Source: Lingula anatina (taxonomy: Eukaryota; Animalia; Brachiopoda). From it: 62,984 nucleotides of DNA. The stretch covers positions 24,302,076 through 24,365,059 of the forward strand of contig CM120646.1 of the NCBI GenBank assembly GCA_051362555.1, written 5' to 3'. A program made the position numbers and the translations under genes. Below, piece after piece: positions 25,901 through 38,273 of this stretch; within the stretch, counting starts at the first letter, position 1, and every line of letters starts with the position of its first letter. Under the pieces are notes generated by a model. It made no database searches and was not told where the DNA came from. It worked only from the letters and a program-made list of their open reading frames with translations.

Positions 25901-28900
25901 AATATGGCATTGTGCACTTTTATTTCATTAGAATATTGCTACCAAATAAATATGATATTATTCTATTTTATTATTATCATTATTACAGATATTACTCACT
26001 TTCCCTCATATAAAGTATGACTGAGTGTTATGACATAGCCAGAACCCCAAACATCCAAATATGGCGGCGAAACCACATTTGTGTCCTTGTATGTTAAGGT
26101 CCTCTTGAACCTAAAAAATGGAGGTAACAGTTCAAGGAGAATCTATTCAGTGTCTATTAGTGGATTAGATGGCATGTTTTTTAGAGGGAAGCCATATTTG
26201 ACCTGCAGACTAGTTAGTCCACTGTTCTGAATGTGGCCTTAGCCTAACAATAATAAGACTGGATTTTTCTTCAGACTCGGGTAAAAGTTAATTCACTAAA
26301 CATAATCTGACAAAAATAAACAGGTACCAAGCTCTCCTGGTGTGGTCGTAATTTTTTGTCAGCTGCAACCCTGGGAGAAGTCTCATCAATCCGTCCATTG
26401 TTCCAATAGATCTATATACAACAAAGTCTGCTGGTTTCCTCTTCCAGATTTCTTCAGCTTTGTATGTGATCACTACACTGTCCAGAATGGAGGTCTGGGA
26501 AAGAAACAGACACCAAAATACTACAAATGATAAACAGAATCAAATTCTATCCATATTTTAATGGATTAAGTAAAGTAGTATTCTATAATAATAATATCAA
26601 ATTATTTTTAAGTAACTGGAAGAAAAACAGACAGCAAAATACTAAATGACAAACAACCAAAATGTCTAAATATTTTAATGGGTTAATGAATTTAATAATC
26701 TATAATAATAATAATATCAAGTTATTTTAAAGTAACTTCACTTTACAATGGTGACTTAGTCTTTGCCTATGTTTCTAAATTACTAGGCAATTCAGGAGAA
26801 CACATCCTCACAGATGTGTTCCTTTGAACATTTTGAATCATGTCACACCAGAGATTTACATGAAACTATCACAAGTCAAATGTGTGGAGGGGGGAGGGAA
26901 GAGTATTTACGACTGGATTTCCATACCTAGATCAATCTAACAGGATCGATCCATCTCCACGGGGTTCTCACTAATTTGCTTTCAGCTTAAGGGGCTTATA
27001 GATGTCTGGCATGCCCAAAGAAGCTGCTAAACAATTATAGTTAATTACCCCCAAGCAGCTTCAGTAGGTGTGACAGAATTCTAAGCCACAAGATAATTGC
27101 AATTTAGTGAGAATCCCCTTGGAGATAGATGGATCCACAGGTAGTATGACAGGGTCTGGGAATGATCCCTAGGGCTTATGACATAACTGCAGACACCACA
27201 CTGTGCCTCAGACACCTGTCCTGCATTAGAATTGACAATTAGATCTGTCACAAATACTGCATTTTTAAGGCACAGATTAACTCAGGAGCCCTTATATAGA
27301 ATACACAACTAACCTTCAAGCCAGGGTTCTGTGAGCTCTGTCCTGTGAGATATCTCTCATATTGTGTGACATTGGTGGCTGTTTCCTCAGTGTTAAGATA
27401 GTGATATGGCTGTCTGAAGGCCCCTGGGGTGAGCATCACTGCACTAGAGTCTGTAATATGGACAATAATTTAAAATCAAACAAATATCATCTTTTTCTAC
27501 TCTGCATCATTATTACTACCATTTTGCAGAATACTATTTGAGGTATATTTTGATAAAATTAAAGAGAGATCTTTTACGACAAAATATCAATTTCCTGAAT
27601 CATTTTCATTCAAAAAAACCATGTGGCTTATCACAGCATACCACACATGTTAAAGCTCTTGCATATGTTACTATAAAGAGTACGAACCTTTCGATGCATA
27701 TCGAGAAAAGTGCTTGCATGGACTTGATGGAGGTTCGAGGTCATATCTGTGGTAGTTAAACATGGCCGACGTTGCAGTCTGAGGTGACGGCACACTGATT
27801 TTGTCACCCTCTCCAATGACAAGACATACCGAGATATTACTCCCAGGAATCTGAAAAAACGTGAGTTGGTCCTATCTTGTAGTGCCACCTATTTGGGATA
27901 AAAGAGTTATTTCCACGGTGTTGTGATATATTGTCATTGTTACAGTACTTAATGTAATCAAGAGTGAGATTGTGACAGAAATAAACAAGTAAAAAATAAC
28001 AGAATGATATAATGATGGGGCCAGTCTAAAATGCACATAATCATGTAAACCATTTAGTCAGATTGTACGCAGATGCACATTTTAACTTTTTCTTTAAACC
28101 AAAAAATTAAAATTAAATGAAGCACAACTGAAACTAAAATTAATCTTTAATTTAGTAGCTCCCTGTCACAAGTTTTCAAATGCATCTTTCCTAGTCATTT
28201 AAAGTTACTTATAATCAGAAATTAGTCTTTATTTGAAGCTGAAGTCTTACTGGTGCCCAGAAGTAATGTGACATGACATTTGTTATGCTGACACCTTCTC
28301 TGAACACATCTCCTCTGGCCTGTGTTCTGGTGGAAACAAAGCTGCTGTTATCCTCCTCACCCCTGAGAAGAAAAATAAAAAATAGATGTTTTAATTGTGG
28401 CAGGAAGAGAGTTAAAAAAAATGACCTGAAGTAGGCAGAGATTAACACAGCAATACTGCTGGAAGACAGATCTGACACAGTGCTTCAAATTCAAGTAGCA
28501 GTATGTCATGAGAAAAATGTAGTTGCAGATTCTTTGGATTTATCTGATGCCCAAAATCTCAAATATCATCTCTCTAATTCCTTAAAAAAGATAATAAAAT
28601 GCTAGAACTAAGGATATTTAAGCTTGAGATATACTTCTATAAAAACAGCACTAAAATCTGGGTATGATCTGACTCAGAAAATTACATTTGTCTATAAAGC
28701 TAATATATAAAAGCAACCAATCTAACTTGATCATGGAGCTAATCACTGCTTTCGCAGCAGGTGCCCTCTCCAAGTGATGAATATCCACAAAGATAGGATC
28801 ATCTGTGACATCATAGGGTCTTGGCAGCAGAGGGTGGGAATATGTCCTGCCATAGCCATTGATAACAAAGGCATAGCTCAGTTCACCCTTGTCAAAATAG

Positions 28901-31505
28901 GTGGCTTCAGAGAGGAGTTCACTCATGGCAACATCAGAGCAAGCTACACCAATCAGTCGGCCACTGTGGTATGCAGGCAAGCAGATGGAGGTGATGAGAC
29001 CTGAAATTTAAATAGGAAGCAATCTATAGAAAAACATTAATATATAAATTATATTCATCAAATTACCTGCTTCTGACCTTATAAATATGTTTAAGTAATT
29101 CTAAGTTCTATTAGCATTTCAAAATATTTATTGTTTTGTTATTCCACTTTCCATTAGCATTTTAAAATATTTGTCTTATTCTGTTCTGTAGCTCAAATGC
29201 CTCACATCATTAAGCTTCACATTATAGTTTTAGGTTGAATAAATCATATTTCTCTAACTGAGCTGATCTGATTTTAGGGTCAATCAGTGCAGTTTCATAA
29301 TCATGGCACCTGACACATAGAAATTAAGAAGTTTAGTTTAGCAATTCACTTGGGTGTTGGTATGATCAAGTTCAGCCTTACCTGTCCCAAATAAGTCTAT
29401 ATATGGTACAGAGAACTGGGGGTCTATAATGGGACTGCCAGTAGAGCTGAAGATGTCGTAGTAAGACGCCATGGCAGAACGAAGACGATTTGGGTCTGTA
29501 ACATGAGTGAAGGTGCCAGCCTGCAAGGAGTTTGTAAAAATTTTTGGTAAATTTCTAAGTAAATATTTCATTCCCTTTTATTGTTTAACTCTATAATTTT
29601 TCTAGCCCCCTCAAAAGCAATTATCAAGATATGCAAGTCACACACCTGATATACAAAACAATTATTTTTTCAAGCGTGAGAAAAAGTGATATAAAGAAAT
29701 ACTTTAAGTAATTTTTAAGTAATTCAACCAATTAGCATTAATGCAATTATGAAAGTTTTGAAAGCCTCACTGTAATTTCCCCATAAGATTGACTGCTTAG
29801 AGTCTGGGCAGCCATGTTCCTCAATTCAGTGAGAGAACTTTCCTCCAGGGCTAAAATTGAAATAGAATGTTTGAGTGCATGGGTAACGAATGGTTGACTT
29901 TTATTAAATCTACTAAAAAAAGGCGATTTCAAAATATTTTTCACTTCTTTGTAGTGGATTTCTAAAAAAATATATATAATAAAATATAGAACAATTCAGC
30001 TGAATGGATCTTGTCTAAGGGTGCATTCCCAGATATTTAGAGCGATCCAGAGATTTAGATTTAGATCGACCTAACTCCCTGGGGATTCACACTAAATTGC
30101 AGTCAGCTGAGCGCACACCATAGTTAATTACCCCCTTACAGCTTTTAGTAGGCGGGACAGATGCTTAAGCCGGCTAAGCTGACAGTGATCTAATGAGACT
30201 CCCCACAGGGATAGATCGATCTAAAATCTATGGGAATGGGGTCTTAGTGTCTCCACCATCTTATCAGAAAAAACATAAATTTAAGCAAATTAATGGTGTC
30301 TGTTGTCCCCTGGTTAATCCCAACCTTTCACCATATCATGGTAGTGCTCAGTCTGGTATTTGTGGATGATAATTTACAGAGTGATATAATTATTAAACAA
30401 TTATTATTATTATTATCAATATAATTTAAAATGCAGACTTACACTGGCCGAGACCAAATGTTAAGATGAGGACTTGGTTGCCAAGGATGGCATTTTGATC
30501 CCGTATGGTCTCCAGAGGATTTCCGCCCTGGGTTCTTTTACCATCAGTTAGGAATAATATCACTTTATCTGTAATAAATGACTCAAGAGGTAAAAGGCTG
30601 GATACTTGGTAGAAAATTTTTGAGTTTTAAATTTGAATAAGCATCACGCCATGTAAAAACTATGTTACAATTTGAATAAATTGATAAAAAAATACATAAT
30701 AATGAAACACAAATATGAATATGAGATGAAAGCACTATTCTTGAAATTGATCACTGTGGATTTTCAAATATACTGCACTCTATTTACACAGAAAACATGT
30801 GACAGCATCAGTTAAACTATACTTTGCAACACAGAATTTAAATTAAAAAATTCTTTCATCTAGCTTACAATTTTAATATTTAACAAAACATTGTAAATTT
30901 TGTAAAAAAAAAAAAAAAAAAAGTAATTCTGTGTAACAACACACCATAATATGCAGTCAGAAACTAAAAAAATCTTTAATGTGGCCTAACAAAAATCCTG
31001 CATTGCAAGAAGGCAAAGAGTAATGAAATACCGAAGCAAAGCTCAAAAGATGGCACCAAGCAGAAGGCTGTCACAAGTGGCACAAAATCATCAAGCGTGG
31101 AGTAGTCTGTGAATGCCACTCGCTAGCGTGGGCAGGACAGGCAGAGATCAATGGAAGATTGAATGAAAATGAAACCTACTTCTTTTTTCACCTTTAAAGG
31201 AATTCTCAGAACTATTGAATAAAGAGAATGCTTTTTCCATAGCGGCTTGGTAATTAGTTGCTCCGACTGCCCTCAGACTATCAATGTATTTTTTCAAGTT
31301 CTTGGCATTTTGTGGCGTGGCAGCAGCTAGAGACGTGGTATAACAGGTGCTCTCTGACAGCACTGGCGTGGACGCAGCCGAGGAAAACGACACTAATCCA
31401 ATCTGTAGAAAGATAATAAAAGTCAGAGCACTGAAGACTATGATTAAAATAAGAGTGAACCTGAAAATTGATTTTGTTGTGTAATTATGCCAGAAAAGTT
31501 AAAAA

Positions 31506-31561
<56 letters not shown>

Positions 31562-34500
31562 AATGACGAAAATCTGGAAAAATCAGAAAAATCACATCCC
31601 TGTAAGTTCTTTGTTGGGAATGCTCTGAAAACAGACTCAACAAAGTATGCAGACATCCCCACACAAGTAAATTATCAATTAAAAAGATTAAATGAAAACT
31701 TGTCTGACACACCCTGTCATTTGCACTCAAGGTTTCCACAACAGTTCTTGCAGCATCTTTGGCAATCTGGAGCAGTGTCTTGCTGTTGTGATATGTTGTC
31801 ATGGATCCTGATGTATCTATGACAACCACAATGTCTTTGGGAACTGGAGTGGCTGCAGACACATAGAATGGCCTGAAATTATAAACTTTTAATTTCTAAC
31901 ACTGTAAAATATAGTCTCTTTGTGTTTTTGTCTAAATACCTAGTTTGTATATACCAATCCAAACAAATAATAAAAAAATACAAAATTATACAAAAGGTCA
32001 CAAAATTTTGCATAATTTGACATAATTATATATTTTGTAAAGGCAGTGATTTTTTCTTCAAATCATCAACTTGAGATAATAAAGCTCCATGAGATGCATT
32101 CAGAATACCCCTACATAATATTATCTTTTATTTTCCTTAATGCCAATTTCACTTTACTCAGGCATTCAAACACAGCATACAAAGACATTAAATTTTAACA
32201 AGGCAGCAAAGCTGTCAAATGTACAGACAAAGAACAGAAAATAAAGATGCAAATAAGTGAAAAATTAAATTTTCACAAAAAACTGTTAAATTGCCAGAAA
32301 AATTTACCAAACAGACTGTGTTGCCAATTGAAGCTGTATGTTAGACCCATGTTTCTTTCCTGTAAGTTTGAGAACAGTAAGTGACATGATTTCCCTTAAA
32401 TGGTCATCATAGGAGCAGTGCCCAAAATAGGGGTTTCTTCAAATTTTGATGCAACATTACATAATGTTTAACAGCATAATGACAATCAAATGTTATTAAT
32501 AAAATATTAGTAACATGGACATTCAGAAAATGTGACAAGCAAAAGTCTTCAAGATCATGGAACTTTAAAGTCACACCTTGAAAATGCCAATATGTGAAAA
32601 ATTAAATTTTCACAAAAAACTGTTTAACTGCCAAAAAAAAAAATAAATAAATAAATAAAAATACCAAACAGAGTGCATTGCCTACTGAAGCTGTATTTTA
32701 GTCCCATGTTTCTTTCCTGTAAGTTTGAGAACAGTAAGTGACATGATTTTCCTTAAATGGTCATCATGGAAGCAGTGCCCAAAATAGGGGTTTCTTCAAA
32801 TTTTGATGCAATATTACATAATGTTTAACAGCTTAATGACCATCAATTTTTAATTATAAAATATTTGTATCACAGATATTCAGAAAATGTGACTAGCAAA
32901 GGTCTTCAGGCCCATGGAACTTCAAAGTCACGCCTTGAAAATGCCAAAATGTAAACAAGACAGCACTGTTCTGAAATGGGTTTATTTCCATTTTTAACAC
33001 TTTTTTAACATAAAACAAAATAAACATTTTACTGCCATTTTATATGACCAACTAAGAAAATTGATGAGATGGGAAAAGTATCAATAGAACAGTGTTAAAT
33101 GTCCAATTTCCTCCATTCTGAGATTCTGAACATAGTGGATGATTGAATCTGACAAACTGCAATGATATGAGTTTATTTCCATTTTTGACACTTTGTTACA
33201 CAATACATGATAACAAGTTTACCATGTTTTTTACATAATCAACTAACAATGTTGTAAAGATGCAGAAAATATCAAACAAACACTTTTAGGCATCTTATTA
33301 GTTAAATAATGAGACTGTTAACATGCCTAATAATTGAATCTGAGGAAATTTGAAAAACAGTATAACTTCTAAAATAATGGCCCGATTATGCTGATTTTCG
33401 AACTCAACCTGCGTTTTAGTAAGATTGACCACTCCTGTGAGTATAATTACAATTGGCCAATCCGTTTTTCTTATATTGTGTTATCAGTGTTGTATTTATA
33501 TTGAAAATAGTGAAAAAACAGCATAAATTCCCTAAAAATGGCCCAATCATGCTGATTTTCGAACTTGACCTGCGTATTAAGAATATTCATCAGTTCTGTA
33601 AGTTTCAAGTCAAAAGGTAAAATGGTTTTCCACTTATCGTGTTATCGGTGCTGCATATATGCTGAAAAAAGTGAAAAAACAGCATAAATTCCCTAAAAGT
33701 GACCCGATCATGCTGATTTTCGAACTTGACCTGCGTATTATAAATATTCATCAGTTCTGTAAGTTTCAAGTCAAAAGGTAAAATGGTTTTCCACTTATCG
33801 TGTTATCGGTGCTGCATATATGCTGAAGAAAGTGAAAAAACAGCATAAATTCCCTAAAAGTGACCCGATCATGCTGATTTTCGAACTTGACCTGCGTATT
33901 ATGAATATTCATCAGTTCTGCAAGTTTCAAGTCAAAAGGTAAAATGGTTTTCCACTTATCGTGTTATCGGTAAAAGTGCACGGCGACGACGACGGCGGCG
34001 ACGACGACAGACGCAGATGATGGCTATATGTACAGACACATCTGTGTCTGTACATAAAAATGATTTTTGAACATGTCCATGATCATGATGGCCCATCAAA
34101 AATCCATCTCTATATCTTTTGCCTTTGCAAATGTAAGTGGAAGATTCTGATGTTTTACATTTTCCATTGTAAAAGTTATAAACATAACATGTTTCAGTGA
34201 TATTAATTAAATGTTGAAAATCAGAAAACTCACTTATTTCACATACAAATTGTCCTCAACAACCTGAAATTTTAAGTCAGACATTAAGTTACTTACCTGA
34301 ACCTTGGATCATAACTATCACAGTCAGGCACACCTGTGGGTTTCACTGCAGGATAATTAAGGAGTATACCATCTTCTCCTCCAAAGTACTGCCACTTCAG
34401 ATTTGGATTGATGCGGATGTTTTCCTTCATCACTTCCACAACCCTTGCCGTAGGGAATTTTTTATTCACTGAACTCTGGCCTGCTACTGTCACACAAGCC

Positions 34501-37500
34501 TTGTCAAAGTTGACCTGTCAATTTTTGAAAATAAAATTTTTCAAATACGTGCATATGTACACATGCATACTCATGTGTTTTGTGCATTAGTGTAAACTTT
34601 GTATATGTGTGATTTGTGAATATCTGCCCCTGCATATGTATATATGCCCATGTTTGCATATGTATGTGTACATCACAAACCTCCTGACTAAACCTCTTGT
34701 CATAAGTAGCTTCCACCACTTGGCAGCACTGTGTCATAGATCTGACACTGGAGAAGCTGGCGTAGTCATCTTCAATAGCATCTTTGATCTTGGTCAGTGC
34801 AGAGATCGGACCTTGGAACTTGGTTCTCAGTGAATTGGCAAGCTGAATAAAATTTCAATACATGGAAAACATTTATATGAGGATTGGTGTAATGAGATTA
34901 CAAGGCATCATTTGAAGTAACGTTGCCATGGGCATGATGGTGGTTACAATTTACTGACAGAGCCTGAATTATCAGGATTGGTGATTTGTGTAACTATACA
35001 ATTTATATGAAAACTTTGTCGGCTTTTTTTTGGTCAACAGGTCTTCAAATGGCAAATTTTTATTTTAAAAAATTTAAAAGAACTGAAACATATCTCAATG
35101 ACATAAAATACTAAAAAAATGTTCTTTTCATTTCTCAAATAAATATAAGCATTTCACTTATATTCAGGTTGTGATTACTGAAATAAAAGCAATTAAATCT
35201 TCTTTCTGAACAAATATCTAAAGGTTAAAATCTATTTTCTCTCTTATATTTCTCAAAAGCCTGATACATGGAACTATATGATTTATGAAGACAGCCTATA
35301 ATAATAAATGATAATGTAAATACATAATTACGATGTCCCACCAAACTCTTAATAGTTATCTTATGTTAATGTCCACAACTGAGAGTTCTGACCAAGTGGT
35401 ACTGTGTACCAAACAACTCCCAAATATTTACTTCTCTAATATTCCCTGGGCCATCAATAGCATCTTCTCTATATGACACTTTGTCATATTCTGCCTGAAA
35501 AGTAAAAGATTTTAATCAAAATAATAACATAAAAACATTCTATGTGATCATTTAAAATCTAATTTGTACATTTTTTAGAATTATCTCCCTGATTATTTAC
35601 TGTTGCCTAAATTTTTGTCCATATATATATAACAAGCAGAAAATTATTTCGCATATTTATTCTGAAAAATGTTTACATTTAATTGATTGTGCCCACTTTC
35701 TTATTTAAGCTATTGAACAATATTTTAAGTTTTAAAGTGAAAATTCATTTAATTAAATTTTAAAACACACATTATCTACACTCTTCTAGCATCAATTATC
35801 AAATTTTAGGCAACAATAATCAATTTTTGGCTTCTTTGTAATAATATAAAATAATGTTATAAAATTATATATGTTATAAAATCTGTTTTTCAGGGCAAAA
35901 TTTAAAGTTTATATGTCTTTTACACATCATTTTAATTGTCAGATTTAATTATTTCCATTTGCTTTTTTAGGCAGTTTTGTACAGCCACTAAGCCCAACTG
36001 TTTGTCTTTTTAAACATAATACATGTAAATATATGCTTCATATTATCATTCAGTAACCACATCAGATGACTCACACCTACATTAACCTAAATTACATACA
36101 TCCACTTCTTATCTTTTAATTTATCAATTCTTGGAAAAGAAGCATGAATAATCAAACTCTCAGGGTACTGATGGAATACATGTAGCTCCTGTTACTGTTA
36201 TTGAAAATTGCTATGTATAGGCTGGTGGCCTAAATATTGCAAAATACAGTCCGTAATGTATTTTTCTTTAATCAACAGTTTAATATTGACATAATTTACT
36301 TCCAATATTTTGATGTCTAACAGTCTCAGCAGCTTCATCAAGGAATGAGGCTATCCAGGTGAATAGCCTCTATTCACAGGGCTAGACACTAACTTTTTTG
36401 AGCACCTGTCCGTCGGACAGGTGGTCATAAATTTGACCTGTCCGATTTTCAAACCAACCTGTCCAACAAAACCAATATATATATTTTTTTCTATTCATAC
36501 CTAGAACTTTGTAAATTAATATGTATAGTCATACATTTAATGTATTTATTACCAAAATACTCAATCAAATGAGCTGGAAAAATGCACCTTAAAGTGAATT
36601 TATATTCAGATAAAAAATTGTTTTTTCATACTTGTGAACTCGTGAAGATTAAATCTTGCATATAAGTCTGATTTAACATAGTTCCAATCAGGGCTTCTCC
36701 TAGGATTTGGGGTACAGGGTCTACTAATTGTAAATCTGCAATTTGATAACAGATTCACATGAAGTTTAACAACAGCTAAGGAAAAAAATACCCTGAGTGG
36801 GAAGTGGGGAGGGGGTACTGTTAAATTAATTTTATTAAAATATTCAAAATTAATAATATTTGAATATAGTTCAATGAAAAGTTAAATAATATTCATTTTA
36901 TAATACTTTACTTATATTTATGTAAACAATTTAACTTCTTTAGGGGTTATCATGTGTTTGATTTTTCTTTAATATATGAATTAAATAAAATAAGTATAAA
37001 AATTTCCCCTTCTTTTTATTTAAATTCTCATATTTGTTATTACCAATTTCTTCCTTACATCAATATCATTTTGGTATATGACAGCAATGTTAATTTATCA
37101 TATTCCAGCACTAATTTTTAACTGTAAATAACATAAGTGATGCTAGAGTCCTTTAAGAAAACATCATACATAATTTCAGGTTATATTTTGGCAAATAAAA
37201 TACATTTCAACAAGATCTTCAGTCCAAAAGAACGTATTTGATTGACAGTCAGTATGTTGCCTTGACAACAAACTAGATATAGCCAGTTCATCCAGTTCAA
37301 TCTGGCTTTATACCCAGTACAGTACTTGTGTAGTTTCTGTCTTTGGAACGGTCTTTATGACTAGTGCATGTAGATTTTGAACTAAATAAATATTCAGTAA
37401 AGAACCTGATACGTGAATAGATTTTGTCTGATGAAGTTCTGGAGGGTGTTCACTTTCATAATTTGGCGGTAAGTTTACTCAGACTTCGTTTTGCGACTGC

Positions 37501-37982
37501 ATGTGTTTTGTGCCAAAAGTAGGTCACTCTTTTCAATGCCGTCTAGGAAGAGAATAAAAGACGTTAGTATGCAACAAAAAATGATTTTTTAAAGACTTTT
37601 GCTCCAAATTTCTCACAAAACATGACCTGTCCGTCGGACAGCCAACCCTGCAACTTCACCTGTCCGAACTGAATTTTTACCTGTCCCGGACAGGCGGACA
37701 GGCGCTAATGTCGAGCCCTGATTCAGGAGATATACTTGCCCCCCCCCCCCCCCACACCCACTTCCATTGCCTTAGGATGGTACCATCATTTCTGTTAAAA
37801 ATATATAAAACCAAAGTAACCACAGAATGTCTCACCTGCATTTCTTCTACCCCCAGTGCATCATTAGCTATTTCCCTTAACACCTGTCCTAATATCCCAC
37901 CATCAATTAATGTGGCTCCACTTGACACAGTTAATATGGCCAATATGGTTATTGTCAGTATATGGAACATTCCTCCAGACAT
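19997..37982 (-). CDS. VWA and cache domain-containing protein (CACHD1/alpha2delta-like type I membrane protein), copy 1, 23 exons, ~1142 aa
   Basis: Exons 5'->3': 37982-37836, 35494-35432, 34842-34681, 34514-34297, 31872-31713, 31402-31180, 30568-30443, 29850-29771, 29520-29382, 29000-28727, 28362-28251, 27850-27688, 27450-27314, 26494-26328, 26110-26000, 25685-25563, 25374-25275, 23533-23438, 23247-23113, 22648-22530, 21607-21482, 20629-20502, 20316-19997 (3429 nt, phases consistent). Signal peptide; NPNLKWQYFG...YDPRFRPFY; VWA PKDIVVVIDTSGSM...GATNY...ILFLTDG; cache motifs FSVPYID, HPLLPRP, YHRYDL, SPPYLDVWG; Cys-rich CECPC; TM AGGVIGAVILLILIITIFML. Strict orthology to CACHD1 not established. 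Confidence 0.9.
22066..22593. repeat. 67-bp minisatellite, 8 units; last unit overlaps CACHD1-like exon 20
   Basis: Unit CTATAATAAGGTGTAAAAATTTGTACAGTAGTTAAAGCTGTTAGCCTTGCTGTGACAGGGACACTTA starts at 22066 (short), 22127, 22194, 22261, 22328, 22395, 22462 and 22529. Confidence 0.95.
23576..25100 (+). mobile_element. Non-autonomous Helentron-type element (HINE family A) in CACHD1-like intron 17
   Basis: 5' T-run then palindrome TGTACAGACACATATGTGTCTGTACA; 3' subterminal TGTCTGTACA, stem-loop GACAGC-TTT-GCTGCC, then T-run; no TSD. Architecture matches DINE-1/HINE elements. Confidence 0.7.
26495..26737. repeat. ~121-bp direct duplication starting at the exon 14 acceptor (also ~48918-49160)
   Basis: CTGGGAAAGAAACAGACACCAAAATAC (26495) versus CTGGAAGAAAAACAGACAGCAAAATAC (26616); both units end ...TTATTTT(T/A)AAGTAACT. 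Confidence 0.7.
26910..27172. mobile_element. Degenerate palindromic MITE, related to 30019-30243 (also ~49335-49595)
   Basis: GATCCATCTCCACGGGGTTCTCACTAATTTGC is inverted as GCAATTTAGTGAGAATCCCCTTGGAGATAGATGGATC. Shares the TAGTTAATTACCCC core with the 30019 element. Confidence 0.55.
30019..30243. mobile_element. PIF/Harbinger-like MITE (also 52510-52734)
   Basis: CTAA|GGGTGCATTCCCA...TGGGAATGGGGTC|TTAG, long internal inverted repeats, TWA-type flanks. Confidence 0.6.
31010..31150 (+). mobile_element. Possible degraded RTE-like LINE 3' end (also ~55412-55555)
   Basis: GC-richer intronic island translating to EGK...PKQ...LSQVAQNHQAWSSL, reminiscent of RTE C-termini (AQDR..WR.L). Weak. Confidence 0.25.
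31508..31557. repeat. (CA)n microsatellite, shorter in unit 2 (~55915-55941)
   Basis: Direct reading. Confidence 0.95.
32197..34058 (-). mobile_element. HINE family A element carrying internal tandem arrays; present only in unit 1
   Basis: Empty site TTTTAA|AAATGATT in unit 2 at ~56580. Minus-strand 5' palindrome TGTACAGACACAGATGTGTCTGTACA, (GTC/GCC)n microsatellite, four 161-bp units (GAACT at 33400, 33561, 33722, 33883), a ~350-bp duplication (32260-32950), and a 3' stem-loop. Confidence 0.8.
36377..37720. mobile_element. 1344-bp non-autonomous DNA transposon, TIR CAGGGCT.GACA.TA, 5-bp TSD ATTCA; present only in unit 1
   Basis: ATTCA at 36372-36376 and 37721-37725; single ATTCA at the empty site in unit 2 (58615-58619). 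Multiple subterminal ACCTGTCC/GGACAG repeats at both ends. Confidence 0.9.
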
Positions 37983-38273
37983 ACTCTTTTTTTTTATGTG
38001 ATGTCTTGTGTTGTCTTCTGAAACTTGTTTGATGTTAACTGAAACAACAAAATTATAGGATTTGATTTTGATTTGATTTATTTCATATTTAAAATTAATC
38101 CTATACATAAAATTTTATGCATAAAGAGACATTATAAGTTCATGAATTACCCAATGAGTAAACAAAGCCAGCTACAGTGCCAGCTCTCATAAATGATAAC
38201 TTAATGTTAGATTTGTCTTAATTCCAGCTTTTAAGTCTCAATTTTAGGCAAACTCCATGCATATACCCATGCA

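Noticed and set aside
27631-27888. ORF MALQDRTNSRFF... as a receptor exon
   Set aside because: Wrong frame; the true exon 12 (27850-27688) reads IPGSNISVCLVIG...YHRYDL...CKHF and fits the phases.
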